Under the pieces are notes generated by a model that worked only from the letters and a program-made list of their open reading frames with translations, made no database searches and had not been told where the DNA came from. A DNA stretch of 63,297 nt, counting the filler, from an uncultured bacterium (GTDB taxonomy: Bacteria; DYJV01): the NCBI GenBank assembly GCA_964543655.1. It is 6 parts of 6 records of this genome, joined end to end, with 100 filler letters (N's around TTAATTAATTAA, not from the genome) between each part and the next. Parts side by side here need not be neighbours in the genome. Positions count along the whole stretch, not along the records: positions 1 to 23,092 come from CAZIZE010000020.1; 5 more parts are not named here. One strand, given 5' to 3'. The position numbers and the translations under genes were made by a program. Of the stretch, positions 1 to 10,009 are shown piece by piece (position 1 is the stretch's first letter; each line of letters begins with the position of its first letter).

Positions 1-2948
1 TTAATTTTTACAAAATCTTTTTCTTTAAATGCATTTTTTAACTCTAAGAAATCTTTATTTATATTTTCAAAAAATTTATTTTTAAGTGAGTTAATAATTT
101 CCTCATTATCTCCTACAAGCTCTTTAAGGCTTTCTATATCAATTAAATTTCTCTTTGAGGATATTTTTTCATTAGAAGTAGAAACAAACTCTAATATTTT
201 TGATATTAATTCTTCAATATTAATTGGCTTTGTAGTATAATCATTGAAACCTGTATCAAATATTTTCCTTTTGTGTGTATCATCATCATGGCCTGTTAAT
301 GCAATAATTTTTAAATTTTTCCCTTTCAATTTATTTTTCAATTCACTTGAAATGTTTGTAATATCAACTCCTTTTTCTATGTCTCTAATAACTTCAACTG
401 TCTCATAACCATTCATCTCTGGCATTTCAATATCCATTAAAACAATATCAAAATCATCTTTTTCAAGTTTTTTTAAAGCTTCTATCCCTGTTCCTGCTAT
501 ATCTGTTGTTATACCATATTTATTGAGAATCTCCTGTAAAAAAGTTTGATTAAAAATATCATCTTCAACAATTAACACTTTTAAACCTTTTAATTTCTCT
601 ACTTCTTGAGAATCATCTATCTCTTCTACCTCTGCAAGGGTTATCTCATCACCAAGTGGCAATTCAAGTGTAAAATAAAATATACTTCCCCTGCCATACT
701 CACTCTCTACCTGCAATTTTCCACCCATTTGATTTACTAAATTCTTACAAATTGTAAGCCCAAGCCCTGTACCACCAAACTTTCTTGTGGTAGATGAGTC
801 AGCTTGAGAAAAGGTTTCAAATATTTTTTCAACTTTATCTTCAGAGATTCCTATTCCTGTATCACTAACTGAAAATTTAATTTTAACTTTATCTTCACTT
901 CTATTTATTAATTCTGCAATAATAGTTACACTACCTTTAGATGTAAATTTTATAGCATTGCTAACCAAATTATTTAAAACCTGATTTATTCTAAATTTGT
1001 CTCCTTTTACCATTTCTGGAATTTTCTCATCAACGCTGTAAATAAGATTAAGCCCCTTTTCCTCTGCTTTAAATCGAAAAACATCAGCACATTCTTTTAT
1101 GAGATTCCTAATACTAAAGTTTCTCATTTCATACTCAATTTTACCTTTTTCTAATTTTGCAAGATCAAGAATATCATTAATTATGTTTATTAAGTTATTT
1201 GATGAATCTTTTATTATATTGAGATATTTTATCTGTTTCTCATTAAGATTATCAGAATTAAGAAGCAGGTCAACAAACCCCACTATTGCATTCATTGGAG
1301 TTCTTATTTCATGACTCATATTTGCAAGAAATTGAGACTTCGCTTCCTTTGCTTCTTCTGCTAACATTTTAGCTTCAACTAAAGCTTTCTCCCTTGCAAT
1401 CCGCTCAGATATATCTTTGAAGGTAATTATGATTTTCTCTGTTTTCCCGTTATTAATTAGAGGAATCAAAGAAATTTCTACTGGAATTAATGAATTATCT
1501 TTTCTTGTATAATATAACCTTTTTTTAATAACCTTCTGATTTGCCAATAATATTTTAATTCCACACTCTTCTTCCTTTATTCTGTCTAAAGTATCCATAT
1601 TAACACCCTGCACCACATCTCTAACAACTTTTCCTAATACCTCTCCCTTTGTATATCCAAGAATATTTAAACCTGGTTTGTTAATATACTCTATCTCCAT
1701 CTCAGGGGAAACAAAAATTATCCCTGTATCAATATTTTCTGTAATTTTCTCTGTAATACTCCTCTCTGTTTTTATTTCTCTTATGATTTTTAAAAATATA
1801 TCTGAAATTATTTGTAGCTCTTCAAAATCATAATCATTATTTTCAAATTCATTCTCCTTTGCAGCTTTTACTAAAGAATCTTTTAATAAATTAAAATTTT
1901 GCGAAAATTTCTTATTAATATTGTAAAAATAAAAGATTATAAATCCTAAAAAAAGTGCAAGTAAGATAAGAAAAACAATAAAAATTTTTGATAAAAAATT
2001 TACAAAGTATTGATTGGTGGAATTAATAACACTCTCTATATCTTTTAAATGGGAAAAAGAGATTACTTTCCATTTTAGATTTTTTATTTCTATTGTATAA
2101 GCATAGTGCTGATTTCCATGGGACATGAAAGTTTTAAAATTTTTATTTTTAAAGTCTCTATAATTAAGCTTTAATGGTTTTGATATATTTTTTTTAAATA
2201 TTATCTGATTTTCACTGGTTAAAATTAAAATACTAATTTTAGCAGGAATAACTGTATAAGCTAATTGTTTTAAAATATCTTTTTTTAAAATATTGTAAAA
2301 ATCTTCATAAAAAATTGTCATACCTATTATCCAGTTGTAAGGTCTGAAAAATTTAACAAAACAAATTTTTTTATTTAATTGGTTACTAACTTTATATTTC
2401 CAGTAATACTCAACATACCCTTCACCTTTTGTTAATGCAGTTTTTATAACCTCTTTAACAAAATATTTACCTTTTTTATCTCTAAAATTAGAAATATCTT
2501 TTCCTTCTATTTTTGGAAAAGCAGAATTCATCTCAACAGTGCCATTTATATTTTGAATAAAAAAATATTCCAATCCTTTTCTATAAGTTAATTTTCTAAG
2601 TGTTTCCTTTATAGTTGTTTTAATAAGTTCATCAGGAATATTTTTGCCTTTATGATTAAAATAGATAGATTTTGCAATTGAATAAGCCTCATAAACATGA
2701 TTTTTAAGTTCACTTTTTGCAATTTTATCTGCATTTTTAAAAGAGGAGTTTATAAAATCCACAACAGATAGATTCTCTTTTACAATCATATCTCTAAATA
2801 GAGAGAGTTCTTCTTTTTTTATATAAGATATACTTTTTTTATGAAGTGAATCAAAGAGGAGTAAAAATGAAAAAATTATTACAATAGAAAAGAGAATTAT
2901 AGAAATAGTTATTTTTTTGTTAAGTTTACTGTATGAAGATTTGTTCAT
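1..2948 (-). CDS. Hybrid sensor histidine kinase (TM-Cache-TM, PAS, HisKA, HATPase, receiver, start of Hpt); runs off the left edge
   Basis: Not in the ORF track. ATG at 2948 overlaps the stop of the upstream regulator (ATGA). Hand translation gives H-box FLANMSHEIRTPMNAIVGF in the same frame, QVLNNLVSNAIKFT, DTGIGI, GGTGLGL and receiver motif LMDIEMPEMNGY. Confidence 0.9.
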   Translation of the reverse strand, partial: MNKSSYSKLNKKITISIILFSIVIIFSFLLLFDSLHKKSISYIKKEELSLFRDMIVKENLSVVDFINSSFKNADKIAKSELKNHVYEAYSIAKSIYFNHKGKNIPDELIKTTIKETLRKLTYRKGLEYFFIQNINGTVEMNSAFPKIEGKDISNFRDKKGKYFVKEVIKTALTKGEGYVEYYWKYKVSNQLNKKICFVKFFRPYNWIIGMTIFYEDFYNILKKDILKQLAYTVIPAKISILILTSENQIIFKKNISKPLKLNYRDFKNKNFKTFMSHGNQHYAYTIEIKNLKWKVISFSHLKDIESVINSTNQYFVNFLSKIFIVFLILLALFLGFIIFYFYNINKKFSQNFNLLKDSLVKAAKENEFENNDYDFEELQIISDIFLKIIREIKTERSITEKITENIDTGIIFVSPEMEIEYINKPGLNILGYTKGEVLGKVVRDVVQGVNMDTLDRIKEEECGIKILLANQKVIKKRLYYTRKDNSLIPVEISLIPLINNGKTEKIIITFKDISERIAREKALVEAKMLAEEAKEAKSQFLANMSHEIRTPMNAIVGFVDLLLNSDNLNEKQIKYLNIIKDSSNNLINIINDILDLAKLEKGKIEYEMRNFSIRNLIKECADVFRFKAEEKGLNLIYSVDEKIPEMVKGDKFRINQVLNNLVSNAIKFTSKGSVTIIAELINRSEDKVKIKFSVSDTGIGISEDKVEKIFETFSQADSSTTRKFGGTGLGLTICKNLVNQMGGKLQVESEYGRGSIFYFTLELPLGDEITLAEVEEIDDSQEVEKLKGLKVLIVEDDIFNQTFLQEILNKYGITTDIAGTGIEALKKLEKDDFDIVLMDIEMPEMNGYETVEVIRDIEKGVDITNISSELKNKLKGKNLKIIALTGHDDDTHKRKIFDTGFNDYTTKPINIEELISKILEFVSTSNEKISSKRNLIDIESLKELVGDNEEIINSLKNKFFENINKDFLELKNAFKEKDFVKI

Positions 2949-4438
2949 AATTTAATTATATTTTTCTCCGCTTTTTCAAAAAGTTCTTCAACTGTGCCCA
3001 CACTATCTGTAGTAACAATTCCAAAATCAACATCTATTCCAATACTATTTTTAATTCGTTTACAAATTTTAAGGCTAAGGATAAGATTAGCACCTGATAA
3101 ATATATAAAAAACTTATTTCTAAAAAATTTAGCTTTATCATCTTTTCTTAAAATTTCATTTATTTTTTGCAAAATTTTATCATCGTCCTTATTTAAATGT
3201 AAACAAACAAGTGAAGATATTATACCATTTAATTTATCTCTACTTAAATTTGCATCTACAAACTCCATAAAATCATTATAAATATTCTCTCTCTTAACAA
3301 TAGTGTCTATTTTATTTTTAAAATTAATAAATTTTGAATAACCAAGCCAGATATTAACCTTTAATATTAATTCTCTCATTTCAATAGGTGCCCATAGGTA
3401 ATCACTTGCTCCAAGCTCAAGAATTTTATATATATTCTTTCTATCAGCAATAGAGGAGTAAACTATAATTGGAATATTTTTATTGACTTTTCTGAATATT
3501 TTTACACCATCAAATGCTGTTTCATTGTTAAGTATTAAATCCATTAATATTAAATCAAATCTATTATCCTCTAAAAATGCTTTTGCTTTTTCTAAATTTT
3601 CAACAGAGATAACCTGATTATTATTTATTGATAGACTTGAATATATAACTTTTCTCCTTGTAAATGAATCTTCTATTAATAAAATTTTTGAAGACTCATC
3701 ATTGTGGAAATATCTCTTTAAAAAACCAACAACTTCTGATTCATTAAATGGTTTTTTAAAATAAGCTGAAATTCCTGAATTAAATCCTTCTTCAATTACT
3801 TCATTAAATCTTTGAGAACCTGTTATGAGAATTATTGGTATTTTTTTTAATTTTTCATTTTTTGAAATTTTTTGGGCAAGCTCTATTCCATTAAAATCAG
3901 GCATTACATAATCAACAATTATAAGATCAGGCGAAATTTCCTCAGCTTTTTTCAAACCCTCAGTTGCATTCTCAGCCTCAAAACATTTATACCCATGTGA
4001 AGTAAGGATTCTTTTCATTATATTTCTTGAAGTCCTTGAATCATCCACCATTAAAATTTTTTCTAATTTTTTCTTATTTTTTGAAAGTAATGCAAAATTA
4101 ACAGCTTCTATAATTTCTTGTTTATAGAAAGGCTTTCTCAGAATAAAAGCATAACCTTCTCCATCTTCAACAGGGTTGTATCTGCTCTGAGTAAGAAGAA
4201 TTGATGGTGGAATGGATTCAATCCCACTTTGAATTAATTTTGAAAAAATATCTTTTGCTGATAAATCTTTTAAAGTCCTATCTATTATTAAAAAATCATA
4301 TTTTTTCTCATCTGACAGTAGAGAGTCTAATAATTCTTGAAAATTTTCAACTTGCTTAATGTAAAAAGACTCTCTCAACATCTCTATAATTAATTCACCT
4401 GTAATTTTTGAGCCTGTAAATATTAATCCATGTTTCAT
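2945..4438 (-). CDS. Multi-receiver response regulator (three REC domains) with a degenerate GGDEF-like C-terminal domain
   Basis: ILMVDDS...DYVMPDFNG...KKPF and LLIEDS...LMDLIL receiver motifs plus a degenerate N-terminal receiver. The tail EELFEKAEK resembles a GGDEF end, but no GG[D/E]EF motif is present. Confidence 0.8.
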   Translation of the reverse strand: MKHGLIFTGSKITGELIIEMLRESFYIKQVENFQELLDSLLSDEKKYDFLIIDRTLKDLSAKDIFSKLIQSGIESIPPSILLTQSRYNPVEDGEGYAFILRKPFYKQEIIEAVNFALLSKNKKKLEKILMVDDSRTSRNIMKRILTSHGYKCFEAENATEGLKKAEEISPDLIIVDYVMPDFNGIELAQKISKNEKLKKIPIILITGSQRFNEVIEEGFNSGISAYFKKPFNESEVVGFLKRYFHNDESSKILLIEDSFTRRKVIYSSLSINNNQVISVENLEKAKAFLEDNRFDLILMDLILNNETAFDGVKIFRKVNKNIPIIVYSSIADRKNIYKILELGASDYLWAPIEMRELILKVNIWLGYSKFINFKNKIDTIVKRENIYNDFMEFVDANLSRDKLNGIISSLVCLHLNKDDDKILQKINEILRKDDKAKFFRNKFFIYLSGANLILSLKICKRIKNSIGIDVDFGIVTTDSVGTVEELFEKAEKNIIKL

Positions 4439-4493
4439 TTTATTACCTCTTAATGTTCAATATTACATAATTTTTAAAAATTCAATAAAAATA

Positions 4494-4656
4494 TTAACTT
4501 GTTACTTTTTCCACATTTTCTTTTTCATCAACAGCAACAATATCAGCTTTTTCATCTATTTTGACTTTTGCAATATAATCAAGAGTATTTTTTGAGTGCC
4601 TTGCAACATCTTCACTAACTTTTTTTACTTTTTCTACTGTATGTATCTTAGTTTGC
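4494..4656 (-). pseudogene. Start-less 3' gene remnant, possibly an MCP C-terminus
   Basis: Open frame KIHTVEKVKKVSEDVARHSKNTLDYIAKVKIDEKADIVAVDEKENVEKVTS* with coding-like codons, bounded upstream by TAG with no ATG. Confidence 0.35.
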
Positions 4657-4688
4657 TATTATAAAGCATTTATATGCTTATTATATAA

Positions 4689-4745
4689 AACCAACCTTTA
4701 ATCAAGAGATTTTTTGGGCTAACGCCCTCAAAATGACTGCTTTTG
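4689..4745 (+). repeat. Dispersed intergenic repeat, copy A
   Basis: 48/57 ungapped identity by hand to the reverse complement of 28080-28136; central GGGC-TAAC-GCCC hairpin. Confidence 0.75.
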
Positions 4746-4935
4746 TGGCAAATAAGAATACTTGTAAAAAAATTGCTGTTGGATTTTACATTTATTTTTG
4801 TATTATATCAAGAATAGAGAAAAATAAAAACTATTTTCTTTTTTAAGTTTTTTTTCTGTAAAAAACAAAAAATTTATAAAATTTTGCTATTTTTATTATG
4901 CAAATATTTGAAATAAAAAATCAAATTTTTTTTAC

Positions 4936-4964
4936 AAAAAAAGGCAGCCAAATGGCTGCCTTTT
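4936..4964 (-). terminator. Rho-independent terminator of the cytochrome operon
   Basis: AAAAGGCAGCCA-AA-TGGCTGCCTTTT inverted repeat with a U-tract on the minus strand, about 30 bp after the cytochrome stop. Confidence 0.85.
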
Positions 4965-4992
4965 ATCCACATTAAAGCTATATTAGTTGCTC

Positions 4993-7900
4993 TTATCTCC
5001 AGGCATCATAAAGCTTACCAAGAATACCCTCTGACTCTTTTTCTGCTGCAATATATTCTCCATTAGCATTTACTTTAACAGTTATGTAATTACCATTATA
5101 AGTTAATACTTTTGCATCTTTAACAGGAGCAAAATAGATATCTCCAGGTGCCTTTCTATAAATTACAGGTGTAGCACCATCAAAAGGCAACTGAATAATC
5201 ATAGTTTTACCATCAAGGTCTTCAACATCAATTTTGCACATATATCCTTCTATAAAACCTGCACCTTTAGCATATACTGAAACTTTCCCAGGAACAAAAC
5301 CCATTTCAATTATCTTAGGTTTTAGCTCTGCAGGAACATAGAAGTAATGTTTATCTGACCATGGACCATTTACAACCTGCCTTACATATTCTTCATTTAA
5401 TTCTTCAGAGCTGAAGTTAGATGAAGAAACTCCAAGTTCATCTGCAATTTTACCTTTTTCAACTTTACCTTCTGCAACTATATAGAATAACTCTTCAGCA
5501 TGATGCTTACTTAGAGCAAGTACATCTTTAGCTTCAGCACCAAGAAATTTTACTCCATTTGCTTCAACAGGTTTAATATACGCAACTTCACCATCCACAA
5601 TGAAAAATCCATTAGGATTAGCTGGCTCCATTTTACCTGTTTCTTCATTGTATTTAAGAGCTCTATTTTCTTCTTTAAACCAAGCTGGTGCCCATGGCAT
5701 AAAACCTATAATCCTATCAGTAATTCTGTGTGCACCTGCATCTTTCTTATAATCACCGTGACAATCATTACATGATTTAGCACCAAGTGCTTTATCAGCA
5801 GGTAATACTCCATGGCTATCAGAAAAGTAATGTGCTGCAATAAAAAGCATTGGTTTTGGATCTTTTTCACCTTCTGCTTTTAAAACTTTAGTTAAAGCTT
5901 CCTGCATTGCTTTAACATCCTCATCCCACCAGATATCTGGAAAACCATCACCTGTATGATCACAGATCACATATCCACTATCTTTTAATACAACTTTACC
6001 AATATTTGGATTATCTTTACACTCCTGTGGTCCTATATTTTCAAGCTGTTTAGGAGTATATGCATAAAATGTAGATACTGGCAAAAATTTATCTATTGCT
6101 GCGTTAATCTCTCTTAAATATAAAACTTTAGCACCATTGTATGGTAAATCACTCATATCATGATCAGGTTGAGGATTAGCATCAACCCATGTTAAAATAG
6201 TAATAGGGTTACCAATAACTATCTGAGGATAACCATTTTCACCATTTGCCCAGTATAGAGGTGGAAAAACTTCATTATCATTTTTATCTGTGTAATGTAT
6301 TGGTAAACCTTCATCAATTGCCCTATTGAGACTTAATTGATAAAATTTCTTCCAGAAATCAAACTTTGGATTAGTCATAAGACCATTTACTAATGGTCCT
6401 GTGTCTGCTTCACTATCAAACCAGAAATAATCAACCATTTGTGCTATATAATCCATTGGCTGTGTGCCATTTCCATCAGCATCTATGTGTTGTGACACCA
6501 TATGAAAGTGTGGAATACCATATCCTGGTGAAGTTCCATAAACAGGAGAAAGAGCATAATATGGTGGAAAAGCCATTGCTGGAAAATTTGATAATCCACC
6601 AGCTAAGATATAGTATCCAAATCTATTGTCAAAGTTTGAATAATACCCAAGTGTATCATCAAAAGTTCTAAATCTCCAGGTTCTTCTATATGGCACATGG
6701 CAAGTTTGACAAGCAATTTCAGCAATATGCCTTTCTGTATTTTCACCAAATTTCTCTTCATGTGCTTTTGTAGGATTAGGTGCATTTGGGTCTCCGCCCA
6801 TCAAGTGACAATACTCACAGGTCTTAGGTTTTGGGTTATTATCAAGGTCATTTCTAACCATATGTGCAGTATCAGTGCCTTTAAGGAAATTATGCTTTTC
6901 TTCTATTGTACCTGATTCTCTAAGGTGGCAGGAACCACAACCCATTTTTTTACCAGACATATGAACATCATAACCTGGTGATTCTTTATCAGCTGTAAAA
7001 TTAACAAATTGACCATTTTTTACCCAATCAGCTGGCATACCAAGATTATATGTTCTACCCCTTGTCCATTCGCTATTTCCATGGTCCTTTGTCATAACAT
7101 GGCACTGACCACAAACCTTAATCCACTTCCATGAATTAATGTCTTTGTTACCACCAAAAATATCAATATTAACACTACCATCTCCTAAATCACCAGCATT
7201 GTAGTAAACTTTTGGAACCCAATCATTTCCAACTTTATCAATTTGAATATATACAATTGGAGTTCCATCATGGTTCAAATCAAGTCCCATTAAATCAGCT
7301 GATGGCATTAAGTAGAAGAAATTTGGCAGATAATCATGCTTTACTGACATATTTTTTAGAACATCAAAAGGTATCTTGCCACTTGTCCAATCAGCTATAA
7401 CTTTAGCTAAGTTAATACCAAAAAATGAATTTTTATCATAATATGTCATATCTCCCTGCATCACTTTCATATACGCATATTGAAAAGCAGCCCAACCAAC
7501 ACCAACAAGTCCACTATACTGAATGCCTTGCCCCTCTACAAGTGGTGACCTAACATAATCTCTAACTGATGCATCAGGATCATCCCAATCTGTGTAGAAT
7601 TTACCAGGTTCATACAGTCTTAATGGATATGGGATAGGCAATAATCCACCTGTACCTGGATCTCTAATCTCATATCCATAAATGAATTGATTAAAAAATG
7701 CCTGCATCATCTGATCCATAGTAAGATTGAGATTATATTTAGTGTTAATATAATTTAGCATTTTCATAAAAATTCCACCAATTGCCTGCTGATTGCTCAT
7801 AAGTTTCTGCATTTCATCAGCACCACCGTTGGGGTTATAGGTAAATGCATCTTTGATTCCAGTCTGAGTGTAAATATTTGGAGCTATTTGTGGACTTGCA

Positions 7901-9006
7901 TACAAAGCATATGGTAATGATTTACCTGTAGGGTCAATCTCTTTGAGCCCATCTGTCCAAATTTTGAAAAGCTCACCAATATCGTCCTTAGGAAGTTGAC
8001 TTAAAATAAAGTATTGTTTTCCAATAGGCCTTGTCATTCGCATAATATCATTGGTATAATTGAGGACACTGCTATTTAAAACTCCTTCTTTAGTTGGCAT
8101 ACCAAGTGATATTTTGGTAATCTGGCCATTTGCATCTCTCTCTGCAAAAATCATAAGTCTTGGTCTGAAAGGTTGAACTTTAAGGCCATCTGCTGCTGTA
8201 TATACATCTGGATTACTATTTAAATCAGGATCTATGTGGCAAAGGAGACAATCTGCTTCCATAACACCAGATTTTTTCCAATCATGTCTCTTTGGTGCTC
8301 CTATTTCTTTGATTGTTTCATCAATGGATTTGCCACTAATTAATGCTTTAGTAACATCATTTGAGGAATAATCATAAAAATCTCTGTCATAAGAATGAAC
8401 TGGAGTTAAACTTGGGCTATCATAAGGTGTAACAGAGCCATCACTATTTACAATACCTTCAGCAGGCCCACCTCCTGCGTGGCATGAATAGCAAACAGCC
8501 ATTTCATCTGCTATACCCACATCAAAAAAGTATGGTTTACCTTCTGATGTAAAAGGATCCTTATAGCTTCCTCTCTGCTTCTTAGCCGCCAACTGACGGT
8601 AAGAAGGAGGTCACCACGCACCAAACTGACCACCTGCTTCAAGATGGCCATAAGCATGGGTTAAATATTTTTGAAGAGTGTTGTTCTGATTTTTAGAAAC
8701 CCACAAGTCATCAGTTCTTTTTCCATAAGGACCAACACCTTCTCTAAAATGATAAGCCATTGTTATTGATTTATAATCATGACATTTCCCACAGGTCTGT
8801 TTAGGACTGTAAGCAGGTCCCTTATAATAAACAGAACCATTTGCTGCAACTATTTTATCAGTTTTATCCAACTGATTTATTATTGGATTTCCATTCCTAT
8901 CCAATAATTGCACAGCAGGGTGTGCCATTAACAAGGATGGAATTGCAATCAGAATTGCAATTACAAATGAAAACCAGAAGATTTTGCTTTTTGCTTTTAC
9001 TGACAT
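4993..9006 (-). CDS. Octaheme c-type cytochrome selenoprotein (1337 aa, Sec132), octaheme tetrathionate reductase-like scaffold, exported
   Basis: ORFs 8611-9006 and 4993-8592 are in frame across a single TGA (8611-8613): GGQFGAW-U-PPSYRQLAAKK. SECIS-like hairpin directly downstream, N-terminal signal peptide, 8 CxxCH motifs at aa 72, 172, 253, 632, 690, 730, 766 and 1079. Confidence 0.85.
8570..8610 (-). promoter_or_regulatory. Bacterial SECIS-like hairpin
   Basis: mRNA UGA-CCUC-CUUCUUA-CCGUC-[AGUU]-GGCGG-C-UAAGAAG-CAGA-GAGG forms three stacked helices; the G-containing apical loop starts 16 nt after the UGA. Confidence 0.8.
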
Positions 9007-9059
9007 TATAAATGCCTCCTCCTTTAATATTTTTTATAATCTATATATGATAGATTCTG

Positions 9060-9977
9060 CTACTTTTTATACATTATTATGTTGTTATGACATCTCATAC
9101 AATCAGATGTTGTATGACAAACATTACATGATCTAAAGTTCTTTTCAGCTTCCTCAGCATGACCTGGCATTGGAGTAAACCTTACCCAGTCTCCCCTTCT
9201 ATGAGAAATTGGTTTTTCACTTTTATGGCAATCTGCACAGTATGATGCTGTGTGGCATGTTGCGCAAAGTTTTCTATCATGAATTGCTTCTATACCATGC
9301 TGTGAAGTTTTCCAATTGAATATATGGTCTTTTGGTTTTTTTGTTCTGTGGCAATCTTGACAGAAATTACCATTTTTCTTAAAATGTGGATCATGGCAAT
9401 ATCTACAGCTATCATCAAATTTACTTGCTAATCCATGATTTGATTCCCAGTCACCATGATGGGACTCAGGAGGAACATCTTTTCTTATTTTTTTATGACA
9501 TGTATCACACTCTATAGGAGCTGTATCACCATCGTGGCACTCTAAACATTTTGTCATTTTCGGCCAAGAAATATTTTGAATAGTTTTAGATTTATCAATT
9601 CCTTTATGACATCTGCTACATTTATAATCTGAATGTGGGTCATGGGTAAAGATTAAATCTTTATAACTTGCTGGTTTTGGATTAACACCAACTTCCACTT
9701 CATAATCTTTTTTAGAGCTTTGAATTGTATGGCATTTAAGACAATCTTTTGTAGGATTATCAACATCTCCAATATCATGACAATCACTACATGTATCCAT
9801 ATCTGGATTGGACATATTGCCATTGTCATCTGCTTTATGACAGGTTGAACACTCAATCTCATTTTCAACAACATGCAGATTATGATTGAATTTTAAATCT
9901 GTGGAACCTTTCTTGCAACCAATTAACCCTAAAGATAGAATAGCTGCTATTATAAAAATTTTTTTAAAAAATCCCAT
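9060..9977 (-). CDS. Dodecaheme cytochrome c lipoprotein
   Basis: Lipobox LIG-C at aa 21; 12 CxxCH motifs in 305 aa (CSTCH, CSDCH, CLKCH, CSRCH, CLECH, CDTCH, CRYCH, CQDCH, CATCH, CADCH, CNVCH, CMRCH). Confidence 0.9.
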   Translation of the reverse strand: MGFFKKIFIIAAILSLGLIGCKKGSTDLKFNHNLHVVENEIECSTCHKADDNGNMSNPDMDTCSDCHDIGDVDNPTKDCLKCHTIQSSKKDYEVEVGVNPKPASYKDLIFTHDPHSDYKCSRCHKGIDKSKTIQNISWPKMTKCLECHDGDTAPIECDTCHKKIRKDVPPESHHGDWESNHGLASKFDDSCRYCHDPHFKKNGNFCQDCHRTKKPKDHIFNWKTSQHGIEAIHDRKLCATCHTASYCADCHKSEKPISHRRGDWVRFTPMPGHAEEAEKNFRSCNVCHTTSDCMRCHNNIIMYKK

Positions 9978-10009
9978 TATTCCATCCTCTCTATATTTAA
10001 ATTATTTAT

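Noticed and set aside
8581-8610. Independent TTG start at 8592 for the 1199-aa ORF, and AAGGAGG on the plus strand at about 8604-8610
   Set aside because: The TTG has no SD upstream, is buried in the hairpin and would give a cytochrome with no signal peptide; the plus-strand AAGGAGG has no start codon after it.
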